Source of the DNA: an uncultured Gammaproteobacteria bacterium
GTDB taxonomy: Bacteria > Patescibacteriota > Microgenomatia > UBA8517
Direction: 5' to 3'
NCBI GenBank assembly: GCA_964645605.1
Contig: CAZYCE010000001.1
Coordinates: 63-64,062, forward strand
Length of the DNA: 64,000 bases
Below, one piece after another: positions 30,196-39,430 of this stretch (position 1 is the stretch's first letter; each line of letters begins with the position of its first letter). The notes under the pieces were generated by a model that was given only the letters and a program-made list of their open reading frames with translations, had not been told where the DNA came from and searched no databases. A program made the translations under genes and the position numbers.

Positions 30196-30810
30196 ATGAA
30201 AAAACCTATAAGCAAAATCGGGACAATACTAATAATAATAGCAACCATAATTCTTGCCGGAATTGCCATATTTACGGCTTACAGACTCTACCAGCTCAGA
30301 CAACAGCCTGTGGCGCCCAATGTTCCTTCGAGTATTCCCCAGGCTCAAGAATCTTCCCAAAATTCAGCCTCTAGTGCTTGCACTTTGACATTTACCATAA
30401 CCACACCAACGGCAACACCTACCCCTGTGGGCTGTAACGATACGTGTGATGCAACCGTCGACCCACCAATATCATGCCAGGCAGAATATACCTGCAATCC
30501 AGAAAGTACGTTAAGCGGGGCTCCCAGATTTTGTAGAAATCCGGATTGTCCTGATCGAACTGATTGTGTGTGTCCAACCACCACACCTACTGCAACACCA
30601 ACAGTCACACCGAGCCCGATTCCTACACAAACCGCAGCACCTACAGATAACCCTACAGAGACACCTACCGCTACCGCCACTGCTAGGGGAACCTCTACTG
30701 CAACTCCAACCGAGGTGGCCTTACCGCAATCGGGCACTAGCTGGCCAACATTTATGGGGGCAGGGCTTGGGATACTTGTAATTCTTGGTGCAATGCTTTT
30801 AGCTCTCTGA
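30196..30810 (+). CDS. Cys-rich, Thr/Pro-stalked protein with an LPQSG sorting signal
   Basis: N-terminal TM, 9 Cys, TPT repeats, LPQSG (30721-30735) + C-terminal hydrophobic helix. Confidence 0.85.
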   Translation: MKKPISKIGTILIIIATIILAGIAIFTAYRLYQLRQQPVAPNVPSSIPQAQESSQNSASSACTLTFTITTPTATPTPVGCNDTCDATVDPPISCQAEYTCNPESTLSGAPRFCRNPDCPDRTDCVCPTTTPTATPTVTPSPIPTQTAAPTDNPTETPTATATARGTSTATPTEVALPQSGTSWPTFMGAGLGILVILGAMLLAL

Positions 30811-30817
30811 TCTTTCT

Positions 30818-31105
30818 GTGAATAAAATAATTCTTCTAATAATTCCAAGTATAGATTTTGTTAAAAATAATCTTGAAAAAATAATATTTATTATCGGGGG
30901 AGTTGTGGTTTTCTTTTTCGCCTATTGGTTAACCGTCTCCTCGCTTAAGAAACTAAAATCTGAAACCATTTCCTATTATCCTTTTGATAAATTTTTCCCA
31001 AAGTCGGGAAAGTGGTCTGTCGTCTATTTCTTAATTACAATTCTCCTTTTAGGAGTTCTCGTATACGTGATTATAAGAGGTGGATTTTATCTTGGCCCGG
31101 CATAA
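30818..31105 (+). CDS. Small two-TM membrane protein
   Basis: Two hydrophobic segments; last gene of the operon; exact start uncertain. Confidence 0.65.
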   Translation: MNKIILLIIPSIDFVKNNLEKIIFIIGGVVVFFFAYWLTVSSLKKLKSETISYYPFDKFFPKSGKWSVVYFLITILLLGVLVYVIIRGGFYLGPA

Positions 31106-31106
31106 A

Positions 31107-33515
31107 TTATCTCCAACTAGCCAGCCAATAGTAGCTTTTGTCCAACCATAAAGGCACCTGAAGTCCTGCCCAATGCGGATAGAAATAGACAAACGTCAGT
31201 AAACAGATAGTCAGATAAGGAAATATTAGTTTGGGAGTGCGGCGCAACATGTACCCAGTCGCAATTGCCAAAAACGGAATCGACGGCAGGTAGTGATAGA
31301 AAAACATTATTCTGGGGGATGCTGCCCAAGGTGCAAAAAATATTAGGTAAGAAAATACTACAAATCCCAAATTTTTGTTTTTCTCGAAAAATGAATAAAT
31401 AGCACACATTGCAACCGATGCCACACCAAACCAAAAAACAAGAGGGTTCCCCATGGCGTAGATCCTTGAAACCATTCCGCCCACTTCAGAACTTGTATAA
31501 AGATAAATCGGACGGATCAAAAAAGGCCAACTCCACCAAGGCGAAGTGTAAGGATGTGTTGCTCTAAGGCCAGTATGATACCACCACATCTGTTGCTGCA
31601 TACCCCACCAAGTTGTCAAATTATGACCTGTCGTAAACATCGGCAAATAGCTTAAAAGGTAAACGGCAAAAGGCAAAAGTAAAAACCACAGAATCGATGG
31701 CTTGAACTTATTCCTGCGTTTCAGCCAAAGAACAAAAATAATAGGAGCTGCCCAAAGCGCCGACCATTTGGACGCAAGGGCAAATCCGTAAAATATTGCC
31801 GAAGGAAGATCTTTTCCTTTCATAAATAAATAAATTGATAAAAGCGAGAAGAAAAGAATGTAGCTGTCATTCATTCCGATTCTACTCATTACAAGTGCCA
31901 GTCCGTCCAAACTGAAAACCGCGGCCGAAATGAGTCCAACCGCCTCATCATTAAATAATTTTTTGGCAACCAAATAAATTAAATATACCGCCCCCGTTCC
32001 CAAAAGAGCTCCGGGAATTCTCCAACCAAATGCGTTTTGTCCGAAAATACTCATCCCGGTAACCATTCCCAATTTCGCCACGGGAGGATGTGTCCATTCG
32101 TAGGCAAAACCTTCTGGCGGAGTATTCCACCATTCCCAGGCTTTTGCCGCCTCCGTCCCCATCATAACCTTGGCTGTGAACGCGTGGTAAACCTCATCAA
32201 AATACATATTGGTGGGAGAGCCTAAGTTAAACACGCGTGCAATAAACGCAAAACCCAGTATTGCGTAGAGGATATTTCTTGCCGATTTTTTACTTAAAGA
32301 TATTTTTGGAAAATTTTCAGAGGCCGACAATTTCAGATTAAATTTCGGCATTTTAATTTTGGGGAGTTTCTCCCAAAAAATAAGGCAAAAATAAGACAAA
32401 AGAAATATCAGTCCGATTATTTTTGAGACCGAAAAACTAAAATCTTTCAAAACTTTTAGACTTAAGAAATTATCATTGTAATATGCGTACGGATAAAAAA
32501 TGTTCAAAAAACTGGCTATAGACGTAATGATGTAAATTACAAGAAGATTTTTGGATTTCGCGAGTCCGGCAGCAGTTAACAAAAACGCAAAAAATGGAAA
32601 AAGATATCGTTCATGCACTTTTGTCGGAAAAAGGAAGAAGCAGAGGCTTAGGAGTGCAAAAAGCAAATACCAATTATATTTTTTATCGAGCTTGTTTCGT
32701 AAAGCAAAAACCGCAAATCCAACCCCCAAAGCCAATAGTATTGTTCCCCAGGTTGACAGACTTACACCGGCAAAGACCAGGCTGTCCGGTTTCCACATAC
32801 CAAACCATGACCAAATATTAAAGGCATTAACCGAAGAGTAGGAATAGGACCTAAACATCTGCGCCAAAAGCTTCGGCAATCCGAGAATAGGGTCAGACGG
32901 GAAAAACAAAAATGAACCCGCCAATATTGTAGTAGCACCCACCAATATTCCTGGGAGAGTATTCTTCCAACTAATCTTTTTCAAAAATATTGCGGCGGCA
33001 AGAGCCGGCAATATTGCCGCCGCCTGGGGTTTTATAAGAAAGGAAACTGACCAGAAAAATACCGACCAAATGAAATTTTTCTTCTCTACCAAAAAGTAAG
33101 CTGACAGAAAAAGCGCTAGGGTTAAAAGCCCGTCAATTTGTCCCCAAACTGATCCGTCAAAAATAATAACCGGGTTAAGAGTATAAAAGAAGAACAATGC
33201 CAGAGCAATTTTTTTGTTTACCTTTTTAACAAGAGTGTAGATGATTATGCCTACGGCAATATCAGCCAAAATTATCGGAATCTTAATTGCCAGGGGGCTC
33301 AGCCAACCAAGTTTCCCGATTCCCCAAAGGTAGTACAAAAAACCAGGTGTATATTGGGTCCATGTTTGGTTTGTGTAAAATCCGGCAAATCCAACCGTTG
33401 CCAATCTCTGCGACCAAGCGATCCATGTTCCCATATCAATCTGAAAACTGGGCAAAAAGGATATAAAAAAACGGGAAACAAAAACAACCAGTGAGGAAAT
33501 AAATATTTCTACCAT
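31107..33515 (-). CDS. Fused GT-C glycosyltransferase: GT87/Alg6-like half plus protein O-mannosyltransferase (GT39) half
   Basis: N-half Y.PG..Y, NP.....S.WGQ.D, KPQ, HERY; C-half YFDEVYH, THPPVAK, FGWR, ASKWS, HPYTS.WWSWP...RP, GNP, R.MFFYHYLP. Confidence 0.85.
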   Translation of the reverse strand: MVEIFISSLVVFVSRFFISFLPSFQIDMGTWIAWSQRLATVGFAGFYTNQTWTQYTPGFLYYLWGIGKLGWLSPLAIKIPIILADIAVGIIIYTLVKKVNKKIALALFFFYTLNPVIIFDGSVWGQIDGLLTLALFLSAYFLVEKKNFIWSVFFWSVSFLIKPQAAAILPALAAAIFLKKISWKNTLPGILVGATTILAGSFLFFPSDPILGLPKLLAQMFRSYSYSSVNAFNIWSWFGMWKPDSLVFAGVSLSTWGTILLALGVGFAVFALRNKLDKKYNWYLLFALLSLCFFLFPTKVHERYLFPFFAFLLTAAGLAKSKNLLVIYIITSIASFLNIFYPYAYYNDNFLSLKVLKDFSFSVSKIIGLIFLLSYFCLIFWEKLPKIKMPKFNLKLSASENFPKISLSKKSARNILYAILGFAFIARVFNLGSPTNMYFDEVYHAFTAKVMMGTEAAKAWEWWNTPPEGFAYEWTHPPVAKLGMVTGMSIFGQNAFGWRIPGALLGTGAVYLIYLVAKKLFNDEAVGLISAAVFSLDGLALVMSRIGMNDSYILFFSLLSIYLFMKGKDLPSAIFYGFALASKWSALWAAPIIFVLWLKRRNKFKPSILWFLLLPFAVYLLSYLPMFTTGHNLTTWWGMQQQMWWYHTGLRATHPYTSPWWSWPFLIRPIYLYTSSEVGGMVSRIYAMGNPLVFWFGVASVAMCAIYSFFEKNKNLGFVVFSYLIFFAPWAASPRIMFFYHYLPSIPFLAIATGYMLRRTPKLIFPYLTICLLTFVYFYPHWAGLQVPLWLDKSYYWLASWR

Positions 33516-35386
33516 GTTACTTTGTATATTTTAAAATTTTGCGTCTGTTTTACCAAGGGAAAGGTCGAATTAAGGAAAGTCTCATCCGGATTATAGCTTT
33601 CCCTCTCTATGTATCCTAAAACTATATAGTCAACGCCGTATTTTTTTATTAGTGATACATCTCCTTTATACATTTTCTTTATATCAATTTCTCTTCCCCG
33701 GTTATCTATTCCTTGTGTCCAAAGGTAGCCCGGATATCCCATCAGAATTTGTCTGCCCGCCAAAATCGAAAACTGATTATGCTGCGGACCCGTAAGAACC
33801 AGGTCTCCGGGGTCCGTGTTGTCAATCTCCCATTTGGCCAGCACAATATCCTCCTTGCTAAAAAGGCCATAAAAAGTCTGGTAATCGCCTATTATTAACA
33901 AAGCTCCGCTTATGACGAAAAAAGATGTAACGGCAACAGCCAATGATTTACCCGGAAGATTTAATTCAAAAAGTTTAGTTACCAAAACCGACACAACGAT
34001 CGAAGAAACCGCATACCAGGCCAAAAAGATTTTGTAATTATCCCAATTGAAAGGTTGAAAATTAATAATATTGCCAAGAATGAAAATTACAAAAATCGGC
34101 AAATAGAATAATTTCTGTTTTTTATCGAGCAGTGTGTAGCCAACAAGAAGCAGTGGAATAAACACACCTAAGTTTGTTAACCAAAAATTAAACAGTCCCT
34201 CAGATCCGACAACCCAACCTAATTTAATTGAAAAGAAATGTAACCCGCCACCGAATACCTGCGGGAGATGCCAAAGCATACCCAAAATCCCCAGCGGTAT
34301 CGAAAAGTATAAGATGGGTAAAATAAACTTTACCGCTTTAACAAAAGTCGCTTTGTTATATATCCAGTATGAGAGTACATAAAACGGCAAAACTATACCC
34401 AGAGCGATAAGTGCATGTGTATGCCATAAAGGCAGAAGTCCGATAATAAGTCCTGCCAGAACCATTTCTTTACCTCCCTTTGTCTTTTCAAAACTCACGT
34501 AGAGAAGTAAAAGCACAATTAGAAATGCTGCCATTCCCACCAGTATTGGCCGCTCTGCCATAAAAACACTACTTACTGCGTTTGGAAACCGAAAATTATA
34601 TTTTTCGATAACGGAACGGAAGCTTTGAGTAAACAGTTCACCTGAAACAGGTGTTCCCCAAGACTCTTTCAACATCAGATAACCTCCAAGTCCCCCGTTA
34701 AAAATAAAGATCAAAAATGCAATGACAGTAGCGGTTATACTTTTACAAAATCTATAGGCGAAAAGAAGGAGGGAAGCAAATACACACTCACCAAAGATCA
34801 GTCCCGGAATGATCAATGAGTACTGTAAATTAAAACCAATTGTCCTAAAAATTGCTGTGTAAAAATCGATCATAAACGGGTAGGCAAGATTTACACCGGC
34901 ATAAATCGGATTTTGGGGAGGAAAATTCTTGCCGAGAAAAAAGGAGTTTATTATTGCCAAATGATATTGAATATCGCCATATGTATTGTGAGGGGTAAAC
35001 AAACCGTTTGCTGTTTCGGGAAGCATATGCCTCTGCAACAGAAATAAAAAAACGAGAGAACTCAAAAGTAGTACAAACAAAATAACCTTTTCACCGGGTT
35101 CCATATTAAAATTAACTTTTAGTTTTTGCCTTTTCCTGGCATATAAAAATATATCTACGCAAGCAAAAACAGCTAAAACTACAAGCACGGCTATTTCCGA
35201 AAGCCCTATTAGAAGAGACAAAACAAAAACAAATGAAACAAAAAATATTTGTCCCAGAAACAAGCTAATAAAACCCATTTCCAGTCTTTTTAAATTTACT
35301 TTGGCTGCCAAGAGGATACGCCTGACAACACCCGTCGGAACAATTAAAAAGGCCAGACATATTAATGCTCGCAGGAGATAGACCAT
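33509..35386 (-). CDS. Multi-TM GT-C-like membrane protein
   Basis: YGDIQYHLAII, P.NP.YAG..L.YPF, many TMs, soluble C-domain LAGR....GY...LW..G...YGVDYIV; start probably ATG 35386. Confidence 0.65.
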   Translation of the reverse strand: MVYLLRALICLAFLIVPTGVVRRILLAAKVNLKRLEMGFISLFLGQIFFVSFVFVLSLLIGLSEIAVLVVLAVFACVDIFLYARKRQKLKVNFNMEPGEKVILFVLLLSSLVFLFLLQRHMLPETANGLFTPHNTYGDIQYHLAIINSFFLGKNFPPQNPIYAGVNLAYPFMIDFYTAIFRTIGFNLQYSLIIPGLIFGECVFASLLLFAYRFCKSITATVIAFLIFIFNGGLGGYLMLKESWGTPVSGELFTQSFRSVIEKYNFRFPNAVSSVFMAERPILVGMAAFLIVLLLLYVSFEKTKGGKEMVLAGLIIGLLPLWHTHALIALGIVLPFYVLSYWIYNKATFVKAVKFILPILYFSIPLGILGMLWHLPQVFGGGLHFFSIKLGWVVGSEGLFNFWLTNLGVFIPLLLVGYTLLDKKQKLFYLPIFVIFILGNIINFQPFNWDNYKIFLAWYAVSSIVVSVLVTKLFELNLPGKSLAVAVTSFFVISGALLIIGDYQTFYGLFSKEDIVLAKWEIDNTDPGDLVLTGPQHNQFSILAGRQILMGYPGYLWTQGIDNRGREIDIKKMYKGDVSLIKKYGVDYIVLGYIERESYNPDETFLNSTFPLVKQTQNFKIYKVTW

Positions 35387-35388
35387 AA

Positions 35389-36480
35389 TTAATTTTTCAA
35401 AATTGTCCGGAACCAATTTTGAATTTCACCCCATCTTCCATTACCCGCTTTCGGAATAAAAACGTATAAATTGTCGTAGGTCTCATTTATCGGTGGATTT
35501 ATCAAAAGATCCTCCGGAAGAAGATTTTGGCTTACATTTTTGCTGCCATCTAAGGCTTTCCTGGCTAAAATACCGGCAGTCGGTAAATCAATATCGGTTT
35601 CAACATATTTATTGACAATATTAAGCAAGGAGAGATCAATCTTTAGTGATAAATATACTTTCGGATCAGTAATCTTTTTCTTAATGGCGTCTATTACTTT
35701 CTGCTGTCTTGCCTCACGGGCGGTGTCCGTGCCCTCAATTCCTTCTGCATGACGTGAACGGACAAATTTCAAGGCAGTTTCGCCATTCATGGTTTGCAAT
35801 CCCGAATTGAAAGTTATCGTTTCGTAACGGCACGCAAAAGTCTTGTCGCCGCCGCATGCATCGTTCTCACGCCCTGCAATAGGGTAAAATTTATCGGTGA
35901 AGGCGCTGCCGACATTAACCTCGATCCCTCCCAATGTATCGATTATTTCCTTAAACGAAGAGAAATCAATCACAACCCCATACTGGATATCCTGCCCGGT
36001 AACTTCTTTTGTGATTTTCTTAGCCAATCCGATTCCGCTTCCGTTTGCGCCGCTATCGAAAAACGGAGTGCCTGTTTTCCCCCAATAATAAGCAGAGTTA
36101 ATTTTTGCCCGAAGTTCCGGTATCCAAATATCACGCGGAATTGAAACCGTTTTAATAGCCGGATTTTCCAAAAAAACCGAAGTCAAAATCATCGTATCTG
36201 TCAGATCTGCACCGTCGTGGTCTTCTCCGGACTTACCCATAACCAGTATGTTTACCTTTTGGCCATCCGAAGCAATTTGAGAAACAGGAGCTGTGACAAA
36301 GTTATAAAGAGTTTTTGCCAGTGGGGGATATTTATAAAAAAGTATGCCGATGCCTAAAAAAATAAAGAGAAGAATCAACAAAAAAATAAAAAGCAAAACT
36401 TTTAAAATATTTCTCTTTGTTTTTTTGGCCGGTTTCTCCGGTCGCTCATCAACATCTTGCATGTTAGAATGGTCAAGCAT
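35389..36480 (-). CDS. LCP (LytR-CpsA-Psr) family transferase
   Basis: NILVMG, LTDTMIL, SIPRD, KINSAY, ALKFVRSRH, REARQQ; start 36480 or 36462. Confidence 0.94.
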   Translation of the reverse strand: MLDHSNMQDVDERPEKPAKKTKRNILKVLLFIFLLILLFIFLGIGILFYKYPPLAKTLYNFVTAPVSQIASDGQKVNILVMGKSGEDHDGADLTDTMILTSVFLENPAIKTVSIPRDIWIPELRAKINSAYYWGKTGTPFFDSGANGSGIGLAKKITKEVTGQDIQYGVVIDFSSFKEIIDTLGGIEVNVGSAFTDKFYPIAGRENDACGGDKTFACRYETITFNSGLQTMNGETALKFVRSRHAEGIEGTDTAREARQQKVIDAIKKKITDPKVYLSLKIDLSLLNIVNKYVETDIDLPTAGILARKALDGSKNVSQNLLPEDLLINPPINETYDNLYVFIPKAGNGRWGEIQNWFRTILKN

Positions 36481-38434
36481 GTCAGATACTAGTATAACAG
36501 GACAGGGTCCCCATTCGTCATATGATGTCGTAGCCGGTTTGAATAAACAGCAACAGGAGGCCGTTACCTATACCGGCGGACCACTCTTGGTTCTAGCGGG
36601 TGCAGGATCCGGAAAAACCAAAGTTCTGACCTACCGGGTAGCTTACTTTATTTCCAAAGATTTAATAAAACCAGAAAATGCCCTCCTTCTGACTTTTACC
36701 AATAAAGCTGCGGATGAAATGCGAGAGAGAATAAAATTGTTGTTGGCTGAAACGAGCCTGCCCGCCGGAACTTCAGTGCAAGCGGGTACTTTCCACTCTT
36801 TTTGTGCGAAAATTTTAAGAATTGACGGCGAGAATATCGGAGTCCCAAAAAACTTCATTATTTACGACGAAGCCGACCAAAAAGACTCCGTCAGAGAAAT
36901 CATGGACAACCTTAACATTTCCACCGATCAGTATTCCCCCTCCTCAATTCTCAGCGGAATAAGTGAGGCGAAAAGCCAAATGCTTTCCCCGGCAGAATAT
37001 ATTAATTTCGTTAGGAGCGATTGGCAGGAAATTACGGCTAAAGTTTATCTGGAATACGAAAAAAAACTAAAAGAAATCGGAGCACTGGATTTTGACGATC
37101 TTCTTATTAAAACTGTTAATCTCTACCGGGAAGTTCCTGAGATTTTGAAGAAGTGGCAGGAGCGTCTGACCCACATCTTTGTTGACGAGTGGCAGGATAC
37201 CAATAAAATTCAATATACGCTAGCCAAACTTCTTGTGGGGGAAGGTCAAAATATCACGGCGGTGGGGGATGCTTCTCAGTCAATTTATTCGTGGCGCGGC
37301 GCGGACTATCGAAATATAAATTACCTCACCCGTGACTATCCAAACATCAAGATTATTAACCTTGAACAAAACTACCGTTCAACACAAAACATTCTTGACG
37401 CCGCCAATCTGGTTATTTCTAAAAATACAGGTCATCCGATACTTAAACTTTGGACAGAAAAAGAAAAAGGTACCCGCATAAAACTTTACGCGGCCCGAAA
37501 TGGTTTTGATGAAGCCGATTTTGTCGTTGACGAAATTAAAAAGTTGATTAAATATTCCGTGGGAAAGCTAACTTACAAAGACATTGCCATTCTTTACAGA
37601 ACAAACGCTCAGTCCCGCGTTTTGGAAGAAGCCTTCCTGCACGCGGGTATTCCCTATGTTCTTGTCGGCGGAGTTAAATTTTACGACAGAAAGGAAATTA
37701 GGGATGTCATCAGCTTTATCAGATATTTAGTAAACCCCAAAGATTCCGTTTCTAAAAGAAGAATTGAAAAAATTGGCATAAGGAGGTTTGAAAAATTGGA
37801 TGCCTTCAGAACCGAAAATCCGGACTTAGCCGGACTCACAACTCTGGATCTACTCGATGCCGTAATTCAAAAAACTGACTACCTGGCTCTTTTCCAAAAA
37901 GAGACTGAGGAAAATCTGGCAAGGCTGGAGAATTTAAAAGAGCTAAGAAGCGTGGCATCTGAATTCCCGGTCACCAATGACTTTTTGGAAAATGTCGCAC
38001 TAGTGGAAATGTCACAGGATTCAAATAGGCACATCACCCCGAATTCTCAACTCAAAGACTGTGTGTCTCTGATGACTCTGCACGCGGCCAAGGGGTTGGA
38101 ATTCCCAATTGTTTTTATAGTCGGAATGGAAGAAGGACTTTTCCCGCATAGCAGATCCCTGATGGATAATAATCAAATGGAGGAAGAGCGCCGTCTTGCT
38201 TATGTCGGCATTACCCGTGCAAAGGAAATTCTTTATCTCATTTATGCCAACTCCCGTCTATATTTCGGAGAAAGAATAAGCAACCCTCCTTCGCGTTTCA
38301 TAATGGATATTCCGGAAAATTTATTGGAAAGTGTAGAAGAAAATAGTTTTTCCGCCACAGATGATCTAAAATTAGATCCTGTTAACGATATCAAAGGAAC
38401 GTTTGACGATATTATCGAAAAATATTTGAAGTAA
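36479..38434 (+). CDS. pcrA: PcrA/UvrD SF1 DNA helicase
   Basis: LAGAGSGKT, TFTNKAA, DEWQDTN, VGDASQSIY, LEQNYRST, TLHAAKGLEF, EERRLAYV; start ATG 36479. Confidence 0.95.
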   Translation: MSDTSITGQGPHSSYDVVAGLNKQQQEAVTYTGGPLLVLAGAGSGKTKVLTYRVAYFISKDLIKPENALLLTFTNKAADEMRERIKLLLAETSLPAGTSVQAGTFHSFCAKILRIDGENIGVPKNFIIYDEADQKDSVREIMDNLNISTDQYSPSSILSGISEAKSQMLSPAEYINFVRSDWQEITAKVYLEYEKKLKEIGALDFDDLLIKTVNLYREVPEILKKWQERLTHIFVDEWQDTNKIQYTLAKLLVGEGQNITAVGDASQSIYSWRGADYRNINYLTRDYPNIKIINLEQNYRSTQNILDAANLVISKNTGHPILKLWTEKEKGTRIKLYAARNGFDEADFVVDEIKKLIKYSVGKLTYKDIAILYRTNAQSRVLEEAFLHAGIPYVLVGGVKFYDRKEIRDVISFIRYLVNPKDSVSKRRIEKIGIRRFEKLDAFRTENPDLAGLTTLDLLDAVIQKTDYLALFQKETEENLARLENLKELRSVASEFPVTNDFLENVALVEMSQDSNRHITPNSQLKDCVSLMTLHAAKGLEFPIVFIVGMEEGLFPHSRSLMDNNQMEEERRLAYVGITRAKEILYLIYANSRLYFGERISNPPSRFIMDIPENLLESVEENSFSATDDLKLDPVNDIKGTFDDIIEKYLK

Positions 38435-38445
38435 CTGTCAATGTT

Positions 38446-39429
38446 ATGAACGATTTTAAAATCAACGAAATAGCTACACACCCTCTTCAAACAACCTATT
38501 GGGAGGAATTTAGAAAGTCTTGGGGAAATGAAGTTTTGGAAACCCCTTGGGGAATACTAACGGTCCACAAGATCCCGATGACTAATTACAGGTTGGCAAT
38601 CTTTGAAAAAGGACCCAAGCCCAGTCGGGAGATGTTGATGGGATTAAAAAATATTGCAAGACAAAACGATATCATCTTCATCAAGTTAGAACCTAATGTT
38701 GGCTGGGAACTACCAATTTCCAATTCTCAACTTTCAGCCAAATCTCAATTAATCAATTTATTAAAGCAAAATGGCGCAATAAAAGGCAAAAGGTTCTTTA
38801 CGCCAACAACTTTTTGGATAGATCTGACAAAGTCAGAGAATGAACTTCTGAAAAGTTTTACAGGTAAAACCCGCTATAATATCCGGTTGGCCGAGAAAAA
38901 GGGAGTAACTGTTAGGGAGGATAATTCCGATAAAGCGTTTCAAAAATATCTGGATTTGACAAGAGAGACAACTCAAAGACAAGCTTTTTTTGCACATACT
39001 GAAAAGTATCACCAGCTAATGTGGAAGGTCCTAAAAAAGGCCGGAATAGCCCACCTGCTTACTGCCACCTATAAAGGAGAAATTATAACAACTTGGGTTT
39101 TGTTCGTTTGGAAAGACTTTTTGTATTACCCGTACGGTGCCTCCACCAACAAACATAAAGAGGTAATGGCCAACAATCTCATGATGTGGGAGGCAATAAA
39201 ATTCGGCAAAAAGTTGGGGCTAACTACGTTCGATCTTTGGGGAAGAGAAGAGGGTAAAGGATTTACAAAGTTTAAAGAGGGTTACAACCCGAAAGTCATC
39301 GAATTTCTGGGAACATGGGATCTTGTAATAAACAAGCCGATTTATCAAATTTACACATTGGCTGAAAAAATACGCTGGGGTGTTCTTAAAACTACCGCAA
39401 AACTGGGCTTGACCAAAAACCGTTTCTAA
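38446..39429 (+). CDS. FemABX-family peptidoglycan bridge aminoacyltransferase
   Basis: HPLQT..W..F, IFIKLEP, IDLT.SE..LL..F..KTRYNIRLA.KKGV, Y.YGAS, FKEGY. Confidence 0.93.
   Translation: MNDFKINEIATHPLQTTYWEEFRKSWGNEVLETPWGILTVHKIPMTNYRLAIFEKGPKPSREMLMGLKNIARQNDIIFIKLEPNVGWELPISNSQLSAKSQLINLLKQNGAIKGKRFFTPTTFWIDLTKSENELLKSFTGKTRYNIRLAEKKGVTVREDNSDKAFQKYLDLTRETTQRQAFFAHTEKYHQLMWKVLKKAGIAHLLTATYKGEIITTWVLFVWKDFLYYPYGASTNKHKEVMANNLMMWEAIKFGKKLGLTTFDLWGREEGKGFTKFKEGYNPKVIEFLGTWDLVINKPIYQIYTLAEKIRWGVLKTTAKLGLTKNRF
38715..38760 (+). repeat. 7-nt-period repeat in frame inside a FemABX gene
   Basis: AATTTCC AATTCTC AACTTTC AGCC AAATCTC AATTAATC AATTTA, encoding ISNSQLSAKSQLINL. Confidence 0.65.
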
Positions 39430-39430
39430 C

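Noticed and set aside
36344-36478. Hydrophobic N-terminal extension of PcrA
   Set aside because: It is the antisense of the LCP 5' end; a better start with a -10 box is at 36479.
36756-36769. GCCTGCCCGC also seen at about 15686, a possible remnant of a palindromic repeat
   Set aside because: Only a 10-bp match in two copies; could be chance.
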